A stretch of 64,000 nucleotides of DNA from an uncultured Chloroflexia bacterium (GTDB lineage Bacteria > Chloroflexota > Limnocylindria > Limnocylindrales > CSP1-4), in NCBI GenBank assembly GCA_963734535.1, contig CAVTHS010000008.1, positions 224,001-288,000 on the forward strand. Direction: 5' to 3'. Shown piece by piece: positions 18,414 through 27,735 of the stretch. Positions within the stretch are counted from its first letter, which is position 1. Each line of letters opens with the position of its first letter. The notes under the pieces were generated by a model. That model saw only the letters and a program-made list of their open reading frames with translations. It was not told the origin of the DNA and did no database searches. The position numbers were made by a program, and so were the translations under genes.

Positions 18414-20280
18414 GTGACGCAGTTCCTCTTCTTCTCCGGCAAGGGCGGCGTGGGCAAGACCACCATGGCCTGCACCACGGCGGTGGCCGAGGCCGATGCC
18501 GGCACGCGCGTCCTGATCGTGACGACGGACCCCGCCTCGAACCTGGCCGACGTCTTCGAGCAGCCGATCGGCCACGCGATCACCCCGATCGCCGGCGTCC
18601 CGAACCTGTGGGGGATGGAGATCGACCCCGATCGCGCGACCGCCGAGTACACCGACCGGACGCTGGCGCCGATCCGCGAGATCTTCCCGCACGAGATCGT
18701 GCGGGTCATGGAGGAGCAGCTCGCCGGGCCCTGCACGGCGGAGGTCGCCGCGTTCGACCGATTCGCGGATTTCCTCGATCCGACGGCTCCCGCCATGCCG
18801 CCCGCCGGCGGCGCTGTGTTCGACCTCGTGATCTTCGACACCGCCCCGACCGGCCACACCGTGCGCCTGCTCGAGCTGCCCGAGGCCTGGTCGAAGAGCA
18901 TCGCCGAATCCGCGGCAGGGCTCGGGCCAGACCTGCATCGGCCCGGCGGCGGCGATCGCCGACGCGAAGGTCAAGTACGAGCGCGCACTCGCGGCGCTTC
19001 GCGACCAGTCGCTGACGCGCTTCGCCTTCGTGCTCCATCCGGAGGCGACTGCGATCGCCGAGACGCGCCGCGCGGGGATGAGCTCGCCCGCCTGGGGATC
19101 GTCACGACCGAGCTCATCGTGAACGGCATCCTGCCCGCCGAAGAGGGCTCGACTCCCTTCTTCGCCGCCCGGATCGCGATGCAGGAGCGGTACCTCACCG
19201 AGATCGCGCGGCAGCTGCCGATGCCCACCCGCCGCGTCCCGCTCCTCGACGGCGAGGTCCGCGGGAGTCGCCCGGCTGCGCGCCCTCGTGCCGCTGCTCG
19301 CCGACGAGCAGGCCGCGCGGCCGGCCTTCGGCCACGCGACGTCTCGGTCAGCGCGACCGACGGTGGATTACGACACCGCGGTGAGGGCGGTCCTGCTACC
19401 AGACGGTGGCCCCCGGACCATCTTCTTCGCCGGCAAGGGCGGCGTGGGCAAGACGGTCGCCTCGTGCGCCACTGCCCTCTGGGCGGCACGCGCGGGCAAT
19501 CGAACCCTGCTCGTCACGACCGATCCTGCGGCCCACATCGGGCAGGTCCTTGGCGCAACCGTGGGCACCGAGCCCGCGCCGGTCGACGGCGTCGAGGGGC
19601 TGTGGGCCGCCCGCGTGGATGCCAAGGCAGCCGCGGTCGCCTACACGGACCGGATCATCGCCGACGCCGTGGCCCGCGGACGCAGCCCAGCCTCGGTTGC
19701 CGCGATGCGCGAGGAGCTGGACTCGCCCTGCACCGAGGAGATGGCGGCGTTCGACCAGTTCATCGAGCTCGCCAGTCGCGACTCGTTCGACGTCACCGTC
19801 TTCGACACGGCGCCCACGGGCCACACGATGCGGCTGCTCGAGCTGCCCATCGACTGGAGCCGCCAGATCGACGTCAAGGTCTTCGCCTCGGTCGACACCG
19901 CGGCCGCCGACGACGTCGCGAAGGCCCGTTTCGGCGGGGTGATCGAGATGATGCGCGACCCGGCGCAGAGCACCTTCGCCTTCGTGATGTACCCGGAGTC
20001 GACGCCGATCGTCGAGGCGAGCCGAGCCATCAGCGAGCTCAAGACGCTCGGGATCCCGCTCGGGCTCGTCGTCGCCAACATGGTCCTGCCCGACGAGGCG
20101 TGCCGGACGCCGTACGCCCGCGCGCGCCGCGAGATGCAGCAGGCGTACCTCGCCGACATCGAGGCGCGCTTCGATGCCCCGGTGCTCGAGATCCCGCTCC
20201 TCGACGGCGAGGTCGTCGGTCTCGAACGACTCTCCGAGCTGCTCGAGCGGACCCTCGCTCCCACCTCTCTCGTCGCCTGA
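18414..20280 (+). CDS. arsA: Arsenical pump-driving ATPase ArsA (two NBDs), frameshifted
   Basis: Two GKGGVGKT P-loops, TTDPA twice, GPCT/SPCT Cys, DTAPTGHT twice. Confidence 0.93.
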
Positions 20281-20297
20281 CTGGAGGCACCACGACC

Positions 20298-20723
20298 ATG
20301 CTCGATCTTTCGACCCAGGAGCCGGCCGGCATCGCGGCCGCACCGCCCACCGCGGAGGCCGAGGCGCTCGGGGCGGCCGGGACGTTCGGGGCTGCCCTGC
20401 GGGCGAGCCCCGAGTTCGCCGCGCTCCTCGCGGCCAACGACTCGCTCTCGGCGGATGTTCGGGCGACCGAGGCCATCGACGCCTTCGGGGCTCGTCAGGC
20501 GGAGCTTCGAACCGAGGCGATGATGGGGGTTCTCACCGCGGCCCAGCGCGCGGACCTGGAACGCCTGCAGAAGACGATGCTCGACGTGCCGACGGTGGCA
20601 ACCTATGTCGCCGCGACGGAGGCGTTCGGCGCGGTCTGCCGCGAGACGGCGGCCGTCCTCAGCGCCCAGATCGGGATCGACTTCGCCGCGAACTGCCGCT
20701 CCGGCGGCTGCTGCGGCGGCTGA
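20298..20723 (+). CDS. YlbF/YmcA-like helical protein with C-terminal CxxxxCC tail
   Basis: FGAALRASPEF...IGIDFAANCRSGGCCGG; GGAGG RBS. Confidence 0.78.
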   Translation: MLDLSTQEPAGIAAAPPTAEAEALGAAGTFGAALRASPEFAALLAANDSLSADVRATEAIDAFGARQAELRTEAMMGVLTAAQRADLERLQKTMLDVPTVATYVAATEAFGAVCRETAAVLSAQIGIDFAANCRSGGCCGG

Positions 20724-20735
20724 GAGGAACGTCAG

Positions 20736-21104
20736 ATGCTCAGCACCGAGATCAACGAGGCGGCGGTCGGGTTCGGCCGGGCGCTGCGCGCGGCGCCCGC
20801 GGTCGCCATCTACCGTATCGCCACCGAGGCGCTCGAGGCGGATCCCGTCGCCCAGGGCCTGCTCGCCGAGCTGCGCGAGCAGCAAGGAGGCCTTGCTCGC
20901 ATGCAGCGGGCCGGGCTGACCCCGAGCCAGGAGGAGATCGAGCGGATGCGGCTGTGCCAGGCGTCGGTCCGGGGGAACCAAGCGATCATGGCCCACCTGC
21001 GGGCGACGAACGACGTCAAGGCGTACCTGCCGGTCGTCGCTCGAACGGTCAGTGCGGCGCTGGGCGCCGACTATGCCAGCCTCATCGGACCGACCAGCTG
21101 CTGA
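20736..21104 (+). CDS. YlbF/YmcA-like helical protein ending in Cys
   Basis: FGRALRAAPAV...ALEADPVAQ...LGADYASLIGPTSC; paralogous to the preceding gene. Confidence 0.75.
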   Translation: MLSTEINEAAVGFGRALRAAPAVAIYRIATEALEADPVAQGLLAELREQQGGLARMQRAGLTPSQEEIERMRLCQASVRGNQAIMAHLRATNDVKAYLPVVARTVSAALGADYASLIGPTSC

Positions 21105-21386
21105 CGTCACGGATCGGCGCGGTCATCCGTCGATCATCAGTCCCAATGGCGGCCGCGGGCCGCCGAGTTGCGCGGCCGTCGTGACGGACGGCCCTTGCTG
21201 CCCAGCCTGGACCGGGACGAGCATCCGCGGTGACGGTAGCCTGCGCCCCGGACCGGCATCGGACCGACCGGAACGCACGTCGAGCGGCGCGCCCCCAGCG
21301 CGGTCTTCGAAGATCGTGGCCTCCCCTCCGCCCGGCCCGGCACGCCGCCTGCGGCCGGCCGACCGTCGGCGCACAAGGAGGTCACC

Positions 21387-21578
21387 ATGGCACTCGCCGC
21401 CGGTCCCATGACACAGGCATCACCGCGCCTGATCGCAGGGCTGGGGCTGATCGCGATGATCGCGATCGTCGCGGCCGCGCTCGTCGCGCAGGCGCGACCC
21501 GGCACCGCTTCCGAGACGGGGACGTACCGGCTCTCGGACACGACGATGCTGCTGCAGCAGGTGCGCGCCGCCCCGTAG
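21387..21578 (+). CDS. Small single-TM/secreted hypothetical protein
   Basis: Strong AAGGAGG RBS; one hydrophobic segment LIAGLGLIAMIAIVAAALV. Confidence 0.55.
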   Translation: MALAAGPMTQASPRLIAGLGLIAMIAIVAAALVAQARPGTASETGTYRLSDTTMLLQQVRAAP

Positions 21579-21753
21579 CGCGCCGAACGCCACAGCGGCG
21601 AGGCCGGCCATGGCGGGCCGGCCTCGCTGATTCACGACCCGGGGTCGCGGCTCGCCACGAGCACGGCCTGGCGTGGCAGCGGGTGCCGCCTCGACCAGCC
21701 GCCGGCCAGGGCAGGCAGCCCCGGCGGGACGATGCCGGCCGCGGCCGACGTGG

Positions 21754-23091
21754 TCACGCCGTGACGGCCTCGTCGGCGATCTCGAGCGCCCGGTCGATGA
21801 CCGCGAAGCCCTCGGCCAGCTGCTCCTCGGTGATGCAGAGGGGCGGGTTCGTGTGGATCGAGTTGTTGGGCGTCATCGTGTAGAGGCCGTTCTGGCGCAG
21901 GAACTTCCCGACCGCCTTCATCTCGTCCGACGAGCCGTTGAACCCGGTCAGCGGGACCCACGGGTCGTGGCTCCGGACCAGGTCCAGGATCCCGAACAGC
22001 CCCAGGCTGCGGTAGGCGCCGACGCTCGGGTGCTTCGCGGCGAGCGCCTCGTGGTGGCCGCGCATCACCTCGCCCATCCGGGCGGAGCGCTCGATGAGCC
22101 CGTCCTCCTCGTAGACGCCGATCGTGGCGAGCGCGGCCGCGAGGCTGACCGGGTGGCTGCTGTAGGTCAGGCCGCCGTAGAACATCTTCGTCTCGAAGGC
22201 CTCGGCGATGTGATGGCGCATCGCCACGCCGCCGAGGGGCAGGTAGCTCGAGGTGAGCCCCTTGGCCATCGTCATCAGGTCGGGCACCACGTTCCAGTGG
22301 TCCACCGCGAACCAGCGCCCGGTGCGCCCGAAGCCTGCCATCACCTCGTCGGCGACCATCAGGATCCCGTACCGGTCGCACAGCTCGCGGACGCCCTGGA
22401 GGTAGCCGTCGGGCGGGATGAGGATCCCGTTCGTGCCGACGATCGTCTCGAGGAAGATCGCCGCGATCGTGTGCGGCCCCTCGTACTGGATCACGTCCTC
22501 CAGGCCCTGGAGGCTCTCGGCGACCGGTCGCGGCTCCTTCTCGCCCCAGCGGTGGGTGTCCGGGTAGCGCACGACACCCACGATCCCCGGCTCGTTCGCC
22601 CAGCGCCGCGGGTCGCCGGTCAGCGTCATCGACCCGAGCGTCGCGCCGTGGTAGCTGCGATAGCGGGCCAGCACCTTGTGGCGACCCGAGTAGTGGCGGG
22701 CGAGCCGGATCGCGTTCTCGATCGCCTCCGCGCCGCCGAGCGTGAAGAAGACCTTGTCCATGTCGCCGGGCAGGATCTCGGCGAGCTTCGCTCCCAGGCG
22801 CGCCCGGACCTCCGTGACGAAGGCGGGCTGGACGTACTGGAGCCGCGTTGCCTGGGCCGTGATCGCGTCGATGACCCGCCGGTCGCCGTGGCCGATGTTG
22901 ACCGACATCAGCTGGCTGTTGAAGTCGAGGATCCGCTCGCCCTCGGGCGTATAGAGGTAGACACCCTCCGCGTGGTCGACCGCGATCGGGTCCAGGGATC
23001 CCTGGACCGACCACGAGAAGAAGGTGTGGGCGCGCGAGAGCCGGACGATCTCCTGGCTGGACATCGGATCGGCGGCGGTTCGGACGGTCAT
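21754..23091 (-). CDS. Class III PLP aminotransferase (probably beta-alanine transaminase)
   Basis: DFNSQLMSVNIGHG, SYHGAT, ADEVMAGFGRTG, PDLMTMAKGLTSSYLPLG; next to pyrimidine catabolic genes. Confidence 0.9.
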   Translation of the reverse strand: MTVRTAADPMSSQEIVRLSRAHTFFSWSVQGSLDPIAVDHAEGVYLYTPEGERILDFNSQLMSVNIGHGDRRVIDAITAQATRLQYVQPAFVTEVRARLGAKLAEILPGDMDKVFFTLGGAEAIENAIRLARHYSGRHKVLARYRSYHGATLGSMTLTGDPRRWANEPGIVGVVRYPDTHRWGEKEPRPVAESLQGLEDVIQYEGPHTIAAIFLETIVGTNGILIPPDGYLQGVRELCDRYGILMVADEVMAGFGRTGRWFAVDHWNVVPDLMTMAKGLTSSYLPLGGVAMRHHIAEAFETKMFYGGLTYSSHPVSLAAALATIGVYEEDGLIERSARMGEVMRGHHEALAAKHPSVGAYRSLGLFGILDLVRSHDPWVPLTGFNGSSDEMKAVGKFLRQNGLYTMTPNNSIHTNPPLCITEEQLAEGFAVIDRALEIADEAVTA

Positions 23092-23404
23092 CGGGTCACC
23101 TCGAGGCGGGACGTGCCCCGCACGCGGTCCGCCAACTGCTGGCGCGAAGCCGGGGGGCCGCCACGGCGGCCACGGGAGGTCGGGACGGCGCGGGCCGGCT
23201 CCTGCCCATGCCCTCCGGGGAGCGATGCGCGCCAATTACACCACAGCGGCCCGCGAGTGTATGCGCACGTGCGAACACCGCAACGGGGCGCTCCCCGCAC
23301 CGCGGCGGTGTAGCATTCCGCCTCATTCCGGACGGGCAGCCGGAGGCGTCGGAGGCGCCGACCGCCCGCCCGCCCCGCCGCTGCGACCCGACCGGAGGTG
23401 ACCG

Positions 23405-24253
23405 ATGCCGCGAATCGTGCGAGGCGCGCTCGTCCAGGCGACGTGGACCGGCGACAAGGAGTCGATGATCCAGAAGCACGAGCAGCGCGCCCACGAGGCG
23501 AAGGCGCAGGGTGCCGGGCTGCTCCTGTTCCAGGAGCTCTTCTACGGGCCGTACTTCTGCCAGGTGCAGGATCCCCAGTACTACGCCTACACGGAGCTCA
23601 TCCCGGACGGGCCAACCACGAAGCGGATGCAGGACCTGGCGAAGCAGACGGGCATGGTCCTCGTGGTGCCGATGTACGAGGAGGATTCGCAGGCGTCGGG
23701 CGTCTACTACAACACGGCCGCCGTGATCGACGCGGACGGGCGCTACCTGGGCAAGTACCGCAAGACCCACATCCCGCACGTGAAGGGCTTCTGGGAGAAG
23801 TTCTACTTCCGGCCCGGGAACCTGGGCTACCCGGTCTTCGAGACCGCCGTCGGGAAGGTCGGCGTCTACATCTGCTACGACCGCCACTTCCCGGAGGGCG
23901 CCCGCGCGCTGGGCCTCAACGGGGCGGAGATCGTGCTGATCCCGAGCGCGACGAGTCGCGGGCTCTCGGAGTACCTCTGGCGGATCGAGCAGCCCAGCCA
24001 CGCGGTCGCGAACGGCTACTACGTCGGGACGATCAACCGGGTCGGCATCGAGCCGATCGGCGACGACGACTTCTACGGGCAGAGCTACTTCTGCGACCCG
24101 CGGGGCCAGATCGTGGGCGGCGTCGCCAGCCCGTTCGAGGAGGAGCTGGTGGTCCGCGACCTCGACCTGGACCTGGTCACCGAGGTCCGCCAGACCTGGC
24201 AGTTCTACCGCGACCGCCGGCCGGAGGCCTACGCCGACCTGGTCCGCCCGTAA
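23405..24253 (+). CDS. Nitrilase-superfamily beta-ureidopropionase-like amidohydrolase
   Basis: FQELFYGPYFC, KYRKTHIP, ICYDRHFPE (E-K-C triad). Confidence 0.9.
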   Translation: MPRIVRGALVQATWTGDKESMIQKHEQRAHEAKAQGAGLLLFQELFYGPYFCQVQDPQYYAYTELIPDGPTTKRMQDLAKQTGMVLVVPMYEEDSQASGVYYNTAAVIDADGRYLGKYRKTHIPHVKGFWEKFYFRPGNLGYPVFETAVGKVGVYICYDRHFPEGARALGLNGAEIVLIPSATSRGLSEYLWRIEQPSHAVANGYYVGTINRVGIEPIGDDDFYGQSYFCDPRGQIVGGVASPFEEELVVRDLDLDLVTEVRQTWQFYRDRRPEAYADLVRP

Positions 24254-24278
24254 CGGTCGGCGCCGGAGGAGACGCGGC

Positions 24279-25289
24279 ATGGAGTTCGGGTTCACGATCA
24301 AGCCCGAGCACTCGATCGAGCGGACGCTTGCGCTCACGCGCCAGGCCGAGGCCGCCGGCTTCGCCCATGGATGGCTGTTCGACTCGCACGTGCTGTGGCG
24401 CGAGCCGTACGTCCTCCTGACCCTGATGGCGCAGGCGACGAAGACGCTCCGGCTGGGCACCTGCGTCACGAACCCGGCCACGCGCGAGCCGTCGGTGACC
24501 GCGTCGAGCCTGGCCGTCCTGCAGGAGCTGTCTGGGGGTCGCTTCGACCTCGGGATCGGGCGCGGCGATTCCGCTCGCCGGGTCCTGGGCAAGGCGCCGA
24601 CCAGCATGGCGGCGCTCGAGGAGGCGGTCCACGTGATCCGGGCGCTCGCCGAGGGTGGCTCGATCGAGTACGAGGGCGCCTCGCTGGAGCTGCCGTGGGC
24701 CGGCTCGCACCGGCTGCCCGTCTGGATCGCCGGCTACGGCCCGGTCGCGCTGAAGCTGACCGGCCGGATCGCGGACGGGGCGATGCTCCAGATCGGCGAC
24801 CCCGACCTGGTCCGCTGGTTCGTCGCCCAGGTCCGCGCATCCGCGCAGGAGGCGGGTCGCGAACCCGGGGCGGTCCGGATCATGGCGGCCGCCCCGGCCC
24901 ACGTCGGCGACCTCGCCGACGGCCGCGACCGGATCCGCTGGTTCCCGGCCCTCGTCGGGAACCACGTGGTGGACCTCGTCAACAAGTACCAGGGGAGCGA
25001 CCTCCCGGAGAGCCTGACCCGCTACGTCCGGGGACGGCAGGGCTACGACTACCTCCACCACGCGGAGGTGGGCTCCTCGAACGCGGACTTCGTGACGGAC
25101 GACATCGTCGATCGCTTCGGGATCGTGGGCGACGTGGACGCCCACGTCGCGAAGCTGCGCGTCCTGGCGGAGGCCGGCGTCGACCAGTTCAACCTGTACC
25201 TGATGAACGGCAACGAGGAGGAGCAGCTGGAGATCTACGGACGCGAGATCATCCCGGCGCTCCGCGACGTACGGGCCGCGAAGGCCTGA
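24279..25289 (+). CDS. LLM-class, probably F420-dependent oxidoreductase (TIGR03842-like)
   Basis: WLFDSHVLWREP, GTCVTNPATRE, GIGRGDSA, GNHVVDLV, YDYLHHA. Confidence 0.85.
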   Translation: MEFGFTIKPEHSIERTLALTRQAEAAGFAHGWLFDSHVLWREPYVLLTLMAQATKTLRLGTCVTNPATREPSVTASSLAVLQELSGGRFDLGIGRGDSARRVLGKAPTSMAALEEAVHVIRALAEGGSIEYEGASLELPWAGSHRLPVWIAGYGPVALKLTGRIADGAMLQIGDPDLVRWFVAQVRASAQEAGREPGAVRIMAAAPAHVGDLADGRDRIRWFPALVGNHVVDLVNKYQGSDLPESLTRYVRGRQGYDYLHHAEVGSSNADFVTDDIVDRFGIVGDVDAHVAKLRVLAEAGVDQFNLYLMNGNEEEQLEIYGREIIPALRDVRAAKA

Positions 25290-25300
25290 GGAGAAGCTCG

Positions 25301-26698
25301 ATGCGCACGCTGATCACGAACGGCCTCGTCGTCACCGCCGACGGTTCGCAGCCGGCCGACGTGCTCGTCGACGGCGAGACGATCGCCCTTCTCGGCGCGG
25401 ACCTGGCGGGCCAGGGCGTCACGGCGGACGCGACGATCGACGCGACCGGGAAATACGTCGTTCCCGGGGGCATCGACGTGCACACCCACATGGAGCTGCC
25501 CTTCGGCGGCACGTTCGCCAAGGACACCTTCGAGACGGGCTCGAAGGCGGCGGCGTTCGGGGGAACGACGACGATCGTCGACTTCGCGCCGCAGACCAGG
25601 GGCCGGTCGCTCCGCGAGGGGCTCGACGCCTGGCGCGCGAAGGCCGAGGGGAACACCGCGATCGACTACGGCTTCCACATGATGATGTCCGACGTCAACG
25701 ACGCGACGCTCGCCGAGATGGACCTGCTCGTGGACGAGGGCGTCCCCGAGTTCAAGCTCTTCACCGCCTACCCGGGCGTGCTGTTCAGCCCCGACGACCA
25801 CATCTTCCGGGCCATGCAGCGGACCCGCCTGAACGGCGGCCTGATCATGATGCACGCGGAGAACGGGCCGGTCATCGACGTGATCGCCGCGGGCCTCGTC
25901 GCGGCCGGCACCACCGATCCGATCGGGCACGGCCTGGCCCGCTACCCGATCCTCGAGGGCGAGGCCACGAACCGGGTCATTCGCCTGGCCGAGGCGGCAG
26001 GGGTCGCGGTCTACATCGTCCACCTCTCGGCGCGCGATGCGCTGGAGGCCGTCATGGCCGCCCGCGACCGCGGCGCGATGGCGTTCGCCGAGACGTGCCC
26101 GCAGTACCTCTTTCTCTCGCTCGACGACCTCGGCAACGGGTTCGAGGGCGCCAAGTTCGTCTGCTCACCGCCGCTCCGACCCAGGGACCACCAGGAGGCG
26201 CTCTGGACCGGCCTCCGCACGGACGCGCTCCAGCTCGTCGCGACGGACCACTGCCCGTTCGACTTCCACGGCCAGAAGGAGCTGGGGCGGGGCGACTTCC
26301 GCAAGATCCCGAACGGCCTGCCGGTCGTCGAGGACCGCGTCGACCTGCTCCACGATGGCGGCGTGGTCGGCGGGCGGATCTCGCGGGAACGGTGGGTGGA
26401 GATCGTGGCCACGGCGCCCGCGAAGATGTTCGGGATGTACCCCAAGAAGGGCGCGATCGCGGTCGGCTCGGACGCCGACCTCCTGGTCTACGACCCGAAC
26501 CGGAAGCGCACGATCAGCGCGGCGACGCACCACATGGACGTCGACTACTCGCTCTTCGAGGGACGCGTGGTGCAGGGCGCCTCGGACGTGGTGATGAGCC
26601 GTGGCGCCGTCCTCGTCCGCGACGGCGCGTGGGTCGGGCCGGCCGGCCGCGGGCAGTTCCTGCGGCGACCCGCCACGGACCACACCCGGATGAGCTGA
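25301..26698 (+). CDS. hydA: Dihydropyrimidinase
   Basis: PGGIDVHTH, GGTTTIVDF, FKLFTAY, HAENG, ETCPQYL, ATDHCPF, IPNG. Confidence 0.93.
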   Translation: MRTLITNGLVVTADGSQPADVLVDGETIALLGADLAGQGVTADATIDATGKYVVPGGIDVHTHMELPFGGTFAKDTFETGSKAAAFGGTTTIVDFAPQTRGRSLREGLDAWRAKAEGNTAIDYGFHMMMSDVNDATLAEMDLLVDEGVPEFKLFTAYPGVLFSPDDHIFRAMQRTRLNGGLIMMHAENGPVIDVIAAGLVAAGTTDPIGHGLARYPILEGEATNRVIRLAEAAGVAVYIVHLSARDALEAVMAARDRGAMAFAETCPQYLFLSLDDLGNGFEGAKFVCSPPLRPRDHQEALWTGLRTDALQLVATDHCPFDFHGQKELGRGDFRKIPNGLPVVEDRVDLLHDGGVVGGRISRERWVEIVATAPAKMFGMYPKKGAIAVGSDADLLVYDPNRKRTISAATHHMDVDYSLFEGRVVQGASDVVMSRGAVLVRDGAWVGPAGRGQFLRRPATDHTRMS

Positions 26699-26721
26699 CG
26701 GGAGGGAGCGCCGAGGCTGCG

Positions 26722-27735
26722 TCAGCCCGCGGCGCGCGGCTCCGGATCGGGTTCGGGGCCGACGACCACCTCCCGGTGGCGACCCTGGACCCGCCGCCGA
26801 CGGATCACGAGCGTGGCCGTCAACGCCGCGCCCGCGGCGACGGCCGCCACGACCAGGCAGATCAGCTGCTCGGCGTTGAGCGCCCCGAGCACCGCCGCGT
26901 CGCGCCACGTCGTCGCCACGATGGCGCGGCCGATCGCCCACGCCGCGATCCCGACCGCGAAGAGCCTGCCGTCGGCACGGCGGAGCCCCGACCGCCAGCC
27001 GAGCAGCGTCACGAGGACGAGGACGCCCGCCGTCGTCGCGGCCTCCAGCAGCTGGGCGGGAACCGCCGGCAGCTCGGCACCCGGGCTCCCCCACGGACCG
27101 GACCCGGCATAGGCGGTCGCGAACGTCCCGCCGTCGAGCACCAGGGCACCCTGGCCCCCGCCACCGAGGACCTCGGCCGCCTTCCCGACGGCGAGCACCA
27201 GGAGGAGCGGCCGGATCGCGACGTGCAGCCACCGTCCGACCGGCGCGTCGAGCAGCGCCGCGACGTAGATCCCCGTCAGGGTTCCCCCGACGACGGCCCC
27301 GGTCAGCTCGAGGCTGCCACCCGCGGGGTCGAGCAGCTGCCGCCAATCGCGCGCGTACCAGTCGGCGTGCAGGAGGCCGTACCCGAGCCGGCCCAGGATC
27401 ACCGCGCCCGGGAGCACGCCGAGGATGATGAACAGGAGGTCGTCGCGGCGCATGTGCCACGGGTCGCCCGGCCTGGCGGCGTCCTGCGGCACTCCGGCGT
27501 CCTGCTGATCCGCGGCGTCCTGCCGTTCCGCGGCGTCCGCGTCGTCCGCGTGGTCCCTGGGCTCGCCGATCAGGGTCTCGAACGCCGGCGTCCGCCCCGC
27601 GATGAGCGCGCACCACGCGAGGCCTGCAAGCGCTGCGAGGGCCAGCCCCACGGTCTGCCAGCGAACAACCAGGTCCCCGACGTGGAGCGAGGCGTCGAAG
27701 CCGAACGCGAGGACGGCCGACGACGCACCCGTCAC
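26722..27735 (-). CDS. Divergent prolipoprotein diacylglyceryl transferase-like membrane protein
   Basis: GDLVVRWQ, GAVILGRLGY, VPAQLLEA resemble Lgt; signature residues missing; low-complexity QDAA repeat insert. Confidence 0.7.
   Translation of the reverse strand: MTGASSAVLAFGFDASLHVGDLVVRWQTVGLALAALAGLAWCALIAGRTPAFETLIGEPRDHADDADAAERQDAADQQDAGVPQDAARPGDPWHMRRDDLLFIILGVLPGAVILGRLGYGLLHADWYARDWRQLLDPAGGSLELTGAVVGGTLTGIYVAALLDAPVGRWLHVAIRPLLLVLAVGKAAEVLGGGGQGALVLDGGTFATAYAGSGPWGSPGAELPAVPAQLLEAATTAGVLVLVTLLGWRSGLRRADGRLFAVGIAAWAIGRAIVATTWRDAAVLGALNAEQLICLVVAAVAAGAALTATLVIRRRRVQGRHREVVVGPEPDPEPRAAG

Noticed and set aside
18324-20723. 799-aa ArsA-YlbF fusion ORF
   Set aside because: The middle is out-of-frame ArsA caused by indels; ylbF has its own RBS after the arsA stop at 20280
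21099-21104. TGC-TGA at the end of the second YlbF-like gene as Cys-Sec
   Set aside because: Read-through gives about 40 residues of non-protein-like sequence, no clear SECIS is visible, and TGA is the usual stop here
7341-21750. Mobile-element boundaries (IS, integrase, att repeats) around arr and the ars island
   Set aside because: No transposase, integrase, tRNA or flanking direct repeat was detected
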